A stretch of 64,000 nucleotides of DNA from Selaginella moellendorffii (taxonomy: Eukaryota > Plantae > Lycopodiophyta). The notes beneath the pieces were generated by a model. It did no database searches, was not told the DNA's origin, and saw nothing but the letters and a program-made list of their open reading frames with translations. The DNA lies in NCBI RefSeq assembly GCF_000143415.4, contig NW_003314318.1, positions 124,001-188,000 on the forward strand, written 5' to 3'. The translations under genes were made by a program, and so were the position numbers. Every line of letters begins with the position of its first letter. Position 1 is the first letter of the stretch. This document shows positions 24,600 through 36,846 of this stretch, one piece after another.

Positions 24600-26725
24600 C
24601 ACAGCTCTCAAATCTACTACTTGCTTGCCACAGTCCTACTTCAACTTGTGAGGACATTGATCTTGAGGATGGAAGCCTTGAGTCTCACACACTCCACACA
24701 TTGGTTGGTAATCTTCTGGCTTCTTTACATTTGGATAATTTGCTTGAATATGACCAAACTCCCAGCATTTATAGCATTGAGGACCTCTGCCACGGCCTCT
24801 TTCACATCCCATTTCTTGCTGCTGTTGCACTCCAACTTTTACACTAGAACACTTCTGGATGCAAACCGTTGCATTGAATTCTCTTGGTATGGAACTTGTG
24901 GCTAATATGGTGATGGAGTTTGCATTTGAACATGATAACTTGGAACCACATGTACTTGCAATTATGGAAAACTCTCTGGTGGAGGCACACGTTGCATATA
25001 AAGCTGCTGCTACTGATAGACAAGTACTGCTTGTCCTTGTGCTTTTGTCCTTGTGCTTTCATAGGATGATAGAAACAATTTTCCAATGCATGGTTAATCT
25101 AGCTATAGAATTGACAACTTACTCTCACTTGTTGGACTGGACACTCATTTGGATAGTGACCATAATTCTTGCATTTCACACACTACACAATTGAGTGATC
25201 ACACACTGGCTGCGGAGGATTCTGAACACCCTTGATCCAATTAACTTATAAGTCCCCCATTTTCTTTGTAAGAGCCTCAACTAAATCCTCTTTAACCTTG
25301 TTCATCTGCACCTCTAGTGATGGAGTTGGAACCTGAACTTGCATGGGAGCCACTAGAGCCACTGCTGGGATCAAAGTTGGAGCTGTCACACTCGTTGGAT
25401 TCAAAATTCCAAGTACTCTACCTGGATAGACTCCTAAATTTGTATGATCTAGCAAGCTTACTGGCTGTGTAGCCATTCCTCCAAGGACTAATGATGCTTG
25501 AACATGTCTAGGATGACTTGGCAACTTGGTGCTCAAACTGTGATGCCAAAGTGACTGCTGTGTCAAGATCAGCTGGTTCATGGCATTGCACAAAGAAGGA
25601 TGTGCTCTCTAGTAAGCCTTGCCAAAAATATCAAACATGACAATCTTCTACAGGTTTTGGATCCTTCTTCGAGAGGAGTTGCCAAAATCTCATTGCATAC
25701 CATTGAATAGTTTCTCTTGGCAGCAAGGTAATCACATTAAGCTTGTCACTCACTTGTTGATGAAATCCTATAAGGCAAAAAACATTTATAAATGCATTCT
25801 TTAAATTGGCCCAATTAGTGAAAGTTGCTCTTGTCACTGCTGCTGCATACCACTCCACAACAACATCCTTCAACATTGCAAAGTTTGCTCACTATTGGCT
25901 GTGCTCACGTTCTTGAATATGGTGATATGCTTATTGGGATCACCAAATATCACATACATAGGATATTTCATCTAGCTAGTAACTGTTGGTGGTGGTATTG
26001 TTGCATGATAACTGATTGTTGTTGTTGGTGTTGTGGAGAACTTTGATAATATCCCCACTCTTCCTCCTTGGTCTGGTGTGACCTTTATGGTGGTTTTTTC
26101 TGAAGATGCTGGATTGTTTTGCTGGCGCTTCTTAAATTTTCCTTCTTTGTCTTTTTCTAGATTTCTCCCTTTTAAGAATATCCTCTATAGCTTTTTCTAC
26201 TTGTTCTTATTGTTGTATGCATGCACAAGCTACTACTCCGCAGCTGAAGTCTGGCCTTCTAAGCTTCAATGCTCACGAATGCAACTCCCAACTGAGGCAC
26301 CAAACATGACAACTAGAAGCTCAACTAAAACCCTGAACTCATACTCAAAGAGCTACATAGGAATAAAAGCTTCTATTCCTCTAACAATTCAGCCAAGACT
26401 TCAGCTAGCAACTTAATCCACTCTTGCCCACAATGCAGGCACATTGTACTCACTCGCTGCTCACTAGATAGCCTCATTTGCTCTACACCACACTTGAATA
26501 CTTGACATCACCACATCAGCTCTATGCTGTGCTCCATTGTTCTACCTCTCTAACTCATGCCAAGCTCCACTTATCATTCTCCTCTCTTCCCTAACTTCTT
26601 TTAACTTCTTTTCTTCTTATCATGAACTCTTGGAATATCCTTCTTTTGAATATTCTTTAGAATCTTGACACTTCTGCCAACTCTCTAAATATTAGAAAAA
26701 TAAAAGAAAATGCCATATCTTGACA
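24600..26725 (-). mobile_element. Truncated Ty3/gypsy element: putative 5' LTR (~26307-26725), PBS, degenerate gag
   Basis: Gag-like LKDVVVEWY..FTNWANLKNAFINVF; knuckle-like CYKCWEFGHIQANYP; minus-strand TGGTGCCTCAGTTGGG at ~26287-26302 next to a TG..CA-bounded segment. Confidence 0.6.
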
Positions 26726-27339
26726 ATGTTTTATCACTGACACAATTTTATGATAATAAGAACATATGCAATTAAGGGTTTAAAGATCTATATTACTAAA
26801 AGAATTCCATAAACAACACAATTGATGATTTTTTGTTGGTGATTGTGATTTTTGTGGGGTCTTCCCTTATTTGAGAAAACATCTATCATGTTAATATTCT
26901 CATGTGTCATTTATGCTTCTTGGACAACATGTTATTCAACTCTCACTAGATTGTGTGATTTCATTAAATGAACTATAAGCAATGTAATCACTCAATAAAA
27001 AGTGGCAGTTGCCAAAATAAACCCTAAATTTGGGCTTGAGCCTTCCTTGACTTTGTGCATGCCATGATGAAAACAACAATTCAATCTTCTTCTGATTGTG
27101 TTTGGAACCAATACCTCACTATCATGAATAGTGTGCACATTGCTTGCTCATAAATGCTACCCAGAATACACCATTGGGTGACTGGTGTTGGGCACAAATA
27201 CACCATTTACCTTATAGGAACTAGATGCAACTGTGGTGTTATGAGTGCTAGTGGTACTATCTGAGATGATGAAGCTGCCTTGGTTGAGCTCGAGTTTCTA
27301 CCCCTAGCATCAATAAAACTCATGTTGCAGCCATTTTTC

Positions 27340-27600
27340 AAAAACAGCTTGAGACTTTTTTGTAGTTAGCGTACATATCGATCAGCAAACTAGCCATGAA
27401 TATATCTATTTGGTAGCTGTTTGAAGCTTGAGAATGGAGATCCATGCCGTTCAAAGATGAATGGCAGCATTCTTGTTTTCACGAACCATCATCACTTTAC
27501 TACCTTCATCCTTGGCTGCTAGACCAAAGCATGCCTTAAGAGCAGCAACAAAAGTCTTGTCATTTGGAGCACACTGCTCTACTCTCATGATGATGGTTCT
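27340..27600 (-). pseudogene. PPR gene fragment embedded in the TE nest
   Basis: Minus strand reads CAPNDKTFVAALKACFGLAAKDEG..IFMASLLIDMYAN, the same motif style as the 44637-47213 PPR. Confidence 0.6.
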
Positions 27601-29330
27601 GCCGTCCTCAAGCAAGACACCATGCACTTAACATGCTACAAGAGGGTAAGAGGGTGGCTATGAGTTCAAACCATTACCACAAGATAAAGTTTAGCGAGAA
27701 GCTGGCTTGAGAAGAACTTGTATCAAGCTGGCTACTAAGGCTCTTGTGCTCCCTAGTGGGCAGATTCAAGCCGCTCAATGGGCTATGGATGCCTAGACTA
27801 TGCAGAGATTGATCCAATGGGCTACTTGATGATTGGTTGAAAGAACAAGATTTATCTTCAAGATTGATTTCAAAGATCAAGTGCAGTGGAAGTGTGCATC
27901 TTGAGGGCAAGAAGAAATTGGAGCAGGAAACTGAGTGGTGAAATCTTGCCCTAGGTGTGACAGACTGGAAAAAAAGGATCCTTCATGAAGAGCTGATCTA
28001 CTTGTCAATTGGGGATTTTGAACAGGACAAGATTCAGGTGAGGTTGGAGGTAACAGCCAAAAAGCTCAACATGCAGTTCTACTGTATTCTAGTGTCACAT
28101 TGAGGAAACCAAGATTTTGTGATGAGCTTCTCATATACAGATTAGTGCCAATGTATCGCTCTGGAGCTACATGCTTACCATCTTTGTAATTGCAAGAATC
28201 TTCTATAGTGATAGAAAATGCTCAAATGGGCACTCCCAATAGTCTAGGCTCATGCAAAAGCTCGAGAGAAAGGGATTTATAGTGTGCAAGAAGAACAAAT
28301 GGGCTAAATATGGCTTTCTCTAATGATCTTGTCTTCAAGAACTTTCTTTGACAAAGTTGTGATCATGCAAAGAATTTTTCTATGCCTTCGCATATTTTGA
28401 GGGACTTGGACAACCAAAAACCAACAATTACTTTTGCTCAGTTACTTCAGCTAGCTCTAGAGCTTTGAATGGTTGTTTCTACTGTAATGCAATCTCATAG
28501 AGAATGGAGGGAGTGGAGGGAATATTATTCCAGATGAGATGGCATTTAAGCTTGGCTTAAGAGTTCCTATACCAGTGAATTGCCATGTTAGGATGGTAAA
28601 TTAAAGTTGGGTGAAGCCATTGAGAGTTCTTACAAGTGTGAAGATGGGTGTAGCAATGCTGAAATTTTTAAGTGGATTTTGTGATTCTTAGGATGAGTCT
28701 TGGTGAATTAACTTATCCATTGCTTCTAGGCTGACCTTGGTTGATACAAGTTCATGCTGCTCAATACTATCATAAAGGCTTGATGAGGATTTGAAGTGGA
28801 AATTTCAAACACAAGATTCAAGTTAGTGTTCAAGTAGTGTTAAATTTGATCCAGCTAGTGGAAATTGAAAAGGATGGTGATAGCAGTGATACTACTTGAA
28901 GAAGAGGAGAATTCTTGCTCTAATTCAGGTTTTAATGATGACTTAGAAGAGGATGAAGAAGTGGCTCTAGTCCTGAAAGAGAATATGACAAATTATGCCA
29001 ACTTAACCTTGTCTTCTTTTGAGTGCGATTCTAGTAGTAATCGTTTGAAGCATTAGTTATGGAAAGGGCATGTGGTATGTAACATGGTACAGGTTGAAGT
29101 TCTAAAGCTTTCGGACGAGGCTAACCTATTGCAGCAAGTTGAGCTGGTGGAAAAATCTTTTGCAATTTATGAAGAGCCAACAATACAGGTTGGAAAAGAG
29201 TCAAAATTTATCAAGCCTCCCAAGTTGATCAATTTAGATCTAGGGATGCCAAGAAGCTCTAGGTTCCTGAAGATTGGTGCTTAACTAGATCACAAGAAGC
29301 AAATGAGTTTAATGGAGTTGTTGTCTTATT

Positions 29331-31359
29331 TGTAAGCGACTAAATTTTTCCATTTTACTTTAGTCACTTAACCACACCTCTGACCACTTGGAGGAGTCTC
29401 ACTCACAACCTCTGTAAATCCTATTTTGGACTTGGGCTTACTAGCCCCGAGAATGGCATCCCCGCCACTCAACTTTTGCATTTGGTCCAAGTGCTCCACG
29501 TGTTCGATCCCATGACCGACACCCCAAGGTACCACCAACATATCAGTCCGTTACGCTAAAGCCATGCCCATTCACCTTGGTCACACCGATGGTCTGACAC
29601 CATCTGCATCCCAGTCCCGTCACTCAAAGATTGGGCCATCCATCCATGAGTGATCATCCCAGATCCACTCTTTAGCATCCTTAGGATGCCCACAGACATG
29701 GGGATTAGCCTTCCCCAATATCTCCGTTCCAGTCCCCACTAAGTCCCTTTCCGTCCTTGGCCGTGTTCGCCAACATTGCCACTGGATCAAGGCCCACGGG
29801 CCCGACCACTAACTCCCACTATCCTTTAGGACTTCCTCCCTGTGTGACTGTGTCCTTGGTCACCACACCAGAGGGTTATTCCTCTTCCTTTCCACAGTCT
29901 GGGACTTTGGGACGACATTTTGGAACACCGTGGCCCTACACGGGCCTCGTAGGTACTCTCCCTGCCTTTTTGCCTTTAGGTGCTTTAGCCATGGGCTTGA
30001 GCGAGGTTCCATTGAGCCACACCAGGTATCCAAGTAAGTAGTGCCACCCACACTTGGATTGGGAACATCGGCCAGACGATCTCCCGGGGGAACTAAAGCC
30101 GGCTCTTGAACACTTCACCAATTTACCCCACTTGTCGGTCTGTGTTCACTCTAGTCTTGGACTTCGCAGTGGTCAGCTCATCACCCAACACTGGGTGCAA
30201 CCTCTCTAGGCCAAACTAGCCTTTCCTGGCAAAACTGGCCTTTCCTAGCCAAACTGGCTCCATTGCAGTCCTCCCCCTACTATACTTTTGGAGCTCACCA
30301 AACCCCCCAAGGTCTGGGAGACGAACGCTTTGGGCTTTCACCCTCTCAAACTCGAACTCGGACTCGGACTTAGGCTTGGACTCGGACTCGGGCTCGGACT
30401 TGGCCTTGGCCTCGGCCTCGATCCTGATCTCAGTCTCGGTCTCGGTCTTGGTCTCGGTCTCGGTCTCGGTCCCGGTCTCGGTCTCGACCTCGGACTCCAT
30501 CTCGGGTCCTTCTCGGACTCCATCTCGGATTCCATCTCGGGTCCATCTCGGACTCCATCTCGGACTCCCTCAGCTCAGACTCCATCTCGGACTCTGTTTC
30601 GGTCCATCTCAGACTCTGTTTTGGTCCATCTCGGACTCCATCTCGGACTCCGTCTCGGTCCATCTCGGACTCTGTTTCGGTCCATCTCGGACTCCATCTC
30701 GGACTCCATCTCGGTCCATCTCGGACTCCATCTCGGACTTCGTCTCAGTCCACCTCGGACTCCGTCTCGGACTCCATCTCGGACTCCGTCTCGGTCCATC
30801 TCGAACTCCATCTTGGACTCCGTCTCGGTCCACCTCAGACTCCCTCTCGGACTCCATCTCGGACTTCGTCTCAGTCCACCTCGGACTCCGTCTTGGACTC
30901 CATCTCGGACTCCGTCTTGGTCCATCTCGAACTCCATCTTGGACTCCGTCTCGGTCCACCTCAAACTCCCTCTCGGACTCCATCTCGGACACNNNNNNNN
31001 NNNNNNNNNNNNNNNNNNNNNNNNNNNNNNNNNNNNNNNNNNNNNNNNNNNNNNNNNNNNNNNNNNNNNNNNNNNNNNNNNNNNNNNNNNNNNNNNNNNN
31101 NNNNNNNNNNNNNNNNNNNNNNNNNNNNNNNNNNNNNNNNNNNNNNNNNNNNNNNNNNNNCCTTGCTTATTGGTTGCCTCGTGCTTGCTCCTCGGAGCAC
31201 ATTTGGTTGTGTTAGTGTCCATCTTCTTGGCTCCTTGAACCTTCCAAGAAAAGAGCATTTTAGTCCAAATGTGTTACGCTCGGTTGGCTTTCGCTTCGGC
31301 CACTACCACGTGGTGACCTTCTAGCTCCACTTTGGGGCCTAGGGATTTTGTGTCTCACA
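29331..31359 (-). repeat. 3' LTR (contains N gap 30993-31160)
   Basis: Direct repeat of 35400-36846 with TG..CA ends. Confidence 0.9.
30350..30992. repeat. Minisatellite in LTR (6-mer ctcggN and 12-mer ctcggactccat units)
   Basis: Dozens of cggactccatct variants running into the assembly gap. Confidence 0.95.
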
Positions 31360-34300
31360 ATTCCACCACCCGTAGACGAAATTCGATATCCTCATCGAAC
31401 GGTAAACCCTCTTATAAAGTAACACCCGCATGTATTACCAGTTCCATCCTTGGCACCTAACCAATATTTGTCTATGGTTTGACACCAAAGGCGCACCATG
31501 CCTTATCCATCCTCTAAGGAGCATAGTCTCTCTAACATAGAAACTTATTCGACCATCTAGGGTAGTTTGCTCCCTTTTATTGGTTTAGTTCTCGCTAAAC
31601 CCGTTAGAGACTCCCTTTCTAACTCAATTCCACTACTCATTCTCGAGTAGTCTCAGATTCCATTGACATAACCTTGCACTTTGGAACTTTTAATTTTGAC
31701 TTCTCAGAGTTAATTTCCTAAGTGTCTCCGACACCTTACGTTGCACATGGTGCAACTCCACTTCCCTATCCTATGAAGTTCTTTACTTGAGGATACCATC
31801 ATCCTCTCTCCGATATCGTGCCACCTTTAACACTAAGTTTCAATTATCATAATTGGTGCTAAGGCTGCTCACGGCTCTATTATTTGGCTACCTTACCGCT
31901 CCCCCCTTTGGAGCATCCACTTCGCCAAATCGGAGCGGTTGGGAATCCACCCTTGGGGAAACATTGCCTTTCCCACAATCCGTTAGCACCCAACACATTA
32001 ATGTTCTCGGCCTAACTTTGCCATTTGGATTCTTTCCCAGGATTCCTATGGCTCTTTTCTTAGCCACTAGTCTTTTGCTCATATCCTTGATTGTTGCACC
32101 TAGCAATATAGGATCGCTACTTCCATTTTCGAGGTTTCCTTTTAGTTCCATAGCAAATACTTTGCTTTACAAAGTCCAGAGGGTGTTCACCCCTAATATG
32201 TTTCTTTAACATTTTCTGTTGTGGGCTCTATCCACGGCCCAACTTTTGAGATCCTCCCTTGGATCTCTTATAGAGACTACCTTCCTCGGACTTACTATGC
32301 CACAGCATTGACATAGCTCATTTCTCTTAGGTGTTCTTCCCACTTGGTCACCTTGCCCAAGCCACACCATTATCAATAGTTCAAATCAACACCTTGAACT
32401 AGGAATTATATTCCTTAACCCAAACAAAGACCTTGTCTTTGTTTAGCCACAAGATCATCTAGTGATCTCATCTTGACCCCTTAATAGGAACTAGGTCTTC
32501 CAGACCCCTCTATGTTGTTGACTATGACCTCGAGGGCATCCCCCACACTTGGCGGTGCGCCCAAGCCAGCCCTTCCGGCCAAGGATCCATAGCAACTAAG
32601 ACTGGGTGTCCCCATCTCATTCACCACGTCCTTGGTGCCCTTTGCACCAAAGTGTTCAAGTTAGATATGCCGAGCTTTCACTCTAAGCAATCTAACTGTG
32701 CATCACGACTCCGAGGCATCCCTCGCTTGACAGTGTGCCCAAACCAGTCTCCTCACTGAGAGTCCATGACCACCGAAAAATGAGTGTCCTCATATTCCAA
32801 ACCATCACCACGCCCTAGTGATTTGGGATTCGAACCCAAGCACTAGAGGGTTGAGACTCGAACCCAACCTCCATATATGCATCTATGGACGGCATCACAC
32901 CGGATGCCTAGTGTGACTCCCCATGCCGGTGCACCAACTTATATTTAAAGTGCGCTATAAATCACAGCTTTGGAACTTAGTTCCTCTACACTGCCAAGTC
33001 CTCTCACTTGACAAATCTGTGATCATGCATGGACTCCTCCATGCTCAGCCCACTTGGCCACCCCTTTGAAGTTGGCTCCTTCAACTAGAGTATTCGTTCC
33101 CCCCGACTTACCAATCTCACTTAGCAAGTCATTTGGCCACCGTAACATGGTTCATGCATAAGTATGAAAGTCCTTAACCATCAACTTTCGTTTAAAGCCC
33201 TCTCTTTGAACACTCGGGAACTACTTCCCCAATCTCGATAGCCTCGCCTCATGGCAAGCTTCAAGACGACGCTTCTGCTGCGCCACTCTGATTTCGCGCG
33301 TTCTATGAACCATTTACACTTGGCTGACTAAGTACTTATCTACCTAGGGGAACTTTCAAAGAACTCTGTTCCTTGGCTTGTTAAGGCCTTTCCTTTCACA
33401 AGCTTTCCAATTACCATATAGTTTAACATGGACAATCCTATGCTTTAGACTCTCCATGGCATCCCGGTTGCTAGTAACAACATCCTTGAGCACCCACTTG
33501 ATTCTTCACTCCCAACTTGCATAACCACCCTTGGTCATGCCTGTCAATTCCTATAGTTCGGTTCTATCCTTATACTACTTGCTTTTTGGCCTTATACATT
33601 TCCTTTGGTTATTCTCCTCCAAACTAGAAAGATAGCTTTGCACTTTCTACCATGCCTTGGCAAGTATTCATAGGGATGAACCTACCCGACAGCCTAGGGA
33701 ATGGTTCCTTAATCCGGGTTTGCTCACCTTGTAATCCCACACACTGGGATCACTGTTGCTACTTATGGGCCTTTATATGCCCATCACTGGCCTTGCCAAA
33801 ATCCCTCTTTGGCTTTGTCCAATTTGGGTAGACGGACTTCTCCTGTCTCCACAACCTTGGACATTTGGATAGCACCTCCTATCCTTCATTTGCTAGGGAC
33901 TTTGTCCCTTGGGCATTATCCATTACCCTCATAACACCAAATACCCCCTTCTGGTGTTCTAGAGTGTTTGGGTGTCCCAATGATGGCCTTTCTGACAATG
34001 AGCATTCCTTTTTCGACATTAACTTATTATGTCGCAATATAAAAAATTTATCCTTTATAAGGGTATATCAAACTTCCTTATCCCAATAAAAAGTCTTAGG
34101 TAGTTGCCTTCTACTAGTTTATGAATTATTTTGCACCTTTTGCTTAGTTATCTCATAGTTGTCAAATCCTACAACTCATTGCTAGTGCTTTCACACCTCC
34201 ATCATTATCTGGGTCACCACACTCTAATCGCATGCCTTCCAGCTTAGGCTATGCTATTCCCATTTCCATTGGGATTCCTTTGGAAGGGGTTCTCATGAAC

Positions 34301-35384
34301 CCACCAACTTGACCTCAAGGTAGCATGCCTTGGCACCTTCGGTGTCTCCACACCATAGGCTTCACGAGCTTACCTTTATGACACTTCTTACTTGTGTCCA
34401 GGTATTTTTGCCAAGACCAATATGGTTGTCTCTTAGGCCAATTATCCATTAGCACTGCACCATAGAGTTCATGCACAACTTTGTGTCAAAGTTATTTTCT
34501 TCTGGGAAACTCTTTCCCACGACTTTAGCATAGCACCTTCTGCCATCAATGAGATACATACTACTCTCATGCTTGGATCTCAAGATCCTCTCCATCCTTC
34601 GTGGGGCACCACACACCTTAGTCCAAATGCTTTCCCCAAGCCCTTAGGATTATTCCTTGACTCTATTGGAGTCATTCAACCTTTTGGACTTTGTTAATCC
34701 GACGACTTATAAAGTTCTACTTTTGAGGTGCTAGCTCACTGGAATGCAACTTCTTGTATTCATATCCTACTCACAAGGACCATCTTTTGCAAGTGTTACT
34801 CCGACACTTGATTTGTTATCTAGGGGCAACCTTTCGCCCCTTAGGACCACTTGTCCATGGGATGAGAATACCAACTCATCCTCTAAATACACCCCCAACT
34901 CCTTGGGTTGTTCTAGCATTTATTAGAGGTAGCCCTAGCTACCATTTCAAGGACTTGTGTCCTCTTCCGTATTTGACCTCCTACGGTCATTACTTCTGGT
35001 CTCAAATTCATGAGCACCAACCTCAATTTCATGAGGGTAATTTTGTGTCTCCTTTATCGTTTTGGAGTCTCTATCTTCCCTATGATCCCAACTATAGTTG
35101 TTTACCATAACTACATTAGCCAATTTGCTGAGTCAAATACTAATCTGGATCACATCCTCAACTCAATGAGGAAAACCTTGCACTGTTCCCAAGATCCCAA
35201 AGTCATTCCATTATTGGCCCTTTTCTATCCACCACCTCACCTACAAGTTCACACATGAACTGTAATGGAGAACCATGTCTTCCCGACCTGCTACTCCTCA
35301 AGGATAGGCCCACTCCTCAGACCTTCCGATGCCAACACCAGATGTGATATACTTGAGCACCAATAAAAGTCAGACTAAGGAACA

Positions 35385-35396
35385 GCTCTGATACCA
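35385..35396 (-). other. Primer binding site complementary to initiator tRNA-Met
   Basis: Plus-strand gctctgatacca is TGGTATCAGAGC on minus, 3 nt from the LTR. Confidence 0.9.
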
Positions 35397-35399
35397 AGT

Positions 35400-36846
35400 T
35401 GTAAGCGACTAAATTTTTCCATTTTACTTTAGTCACTTAATTGCACCTCCGACCACTTGGAGGAGTCTTACTCACAACCTTCGTAAATCCTATTTTGGAC
35501 TTGGGCTTACTAGCCCCGAGAATGGCATCCCCGCCACTCAACCTTTGCATTTGGTCCAAGTGCTCCACGTGTCCAATCCCATGACCAACACCCCAAGGTA
35601 CCACCAACATATTAGCCCATTACGCTAATGCCATGCCCATTCACCTTGGTCACACCGATGGTCTGACACCACCTGCATCCCAGTCCCGTCACTCAAAGAC
35701 TGGGCCATCCATCCATGAGTGATCATCCCAGATCCTCCTTAGCATCCTTAGGATGCTCACAGACATGGGGATTAGCCTTCCCCAATATCTCCGTTCCAGT
35801 CCCCACTAAGTCCCTTTCCGTCCTTGGCCGTGTTCGCCAACACTGCCACTGGATCAAGGCCCACGGGCCTGACCACTAAGTCCCATTGTCCTTTAGGACT
35901 TCCTCCCTGTGTGACTGTGTCCTTGGTCACCATACCAAAGGGCTACTCCTCTTCCTTTCCACAGTCTGGGACCTTGGGACGACATTTTGGAACACCGTGG
36001 CCCTACGCGGGCCTCGTGGGTACTCTCCCTGCCTTTTGCCTTTAGGTGCTTTAGCCATGGGCTTAGAGCGAGGTTCCATTGAGCCACACTAGATATCCAA
36101 GTAGGTAGTGCCACCCACACTTGCACTGGGAGCATCGGCCAGATGATCTCCCGGGGGAACTAAAGCTGGCTCTTGAACACTTTACCAATCTACCCCGCTT
36201 GTCGGTCCGTGTTCACTCTAGTCTTGGACTTCCCAGTGGTCAGCTCATCACCCAACACTGGGTGCAGCCTCTCTAGGGCAAATTGGCCTTTCCTGGCCAA
36301 ACTGGCTCCACTGCTCGGGCTCGGGCTCGGGCTCGATCTCGACCTTGGACTCCATCTCGGGTCCTTCTCGGACTCCATCTCGGACTCCATCTCAGATTCC
36401 ATCTCGGGTCCATCTCGGACTCCCTCTTGGACTCCGTCTCGGTCCACCTCGGACTCCATCTCGAACTCCGTCTCGGTCCATCTCGGACTCCATCTCAAAC
36501 TCCGTCTCGATCCACCTCAGACTCCGTCTCGGACTCCATCTCAGACTCCGTCTTGGTCCATCTCGAACTCCATCTCGGTCCACCTCAGACTCCCTCTCGG
36601 ACTCCATCTCAGACACTTCCACATGTCATGTGCTAGTCCTTTTTGGGTCCCTTTTTGGAGCCTTGCTTATTGGTTGCCTCGTGCTCGCTCCTCGAGCACT
36701 TTGTTGGGAGTTCCACTCCCGCTCTTGACCTTCCAAGTCGGAGCTTTTAGTCCAAACGTGTTACACTCGTTTGGCTTTCGCTTCGGCCACTACCATGTGG
36801 CGCCCTTCCGGCTCCACTTTAGTGCCTAGGGATTTTGTGTCTCACA
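35400..36846 (-). repeat. 5' LTR
   Basis: Direct repeat of 29331-31359, adjacent to the PBS. Confidence 0.9.
36314..36613. repeat. Same minisatellite, shorter array in the other LTR
   Basis: ctcggactccat variants. Confidence 0.95.

Larger units (their letters stand above)
29331..36846 (-). mobile_element. Complete-ended LTR retrotransposon with no intact ORFs
   Basis: LTRs 29331-31359 and 35400-36846 (tgtaagcgac..tgtctcaca); Met-type PBS at 35385-35396 on minus; PPT-like tract after 31360; near-TSD ttatt/ttatc. Confidence 0.92.

Noticed and set aside
30490-30992. CRISPR-like periodicity
   Set aside because: Tandem 12-mers with no unique spacers, in a plant LTR.
30216-31324. Long low-complexity ORFs (GLGLGL, SRTPSRTP, MESEMESE)
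   Set aside because: Translations of the LTR minisatellite in all frames, partly across an N gap.
31430-31500. Chromodomain-like phrase (ILVRCQGW) near the PPT
   Set aside because: Too short and degenerate to support a chromovirus call.
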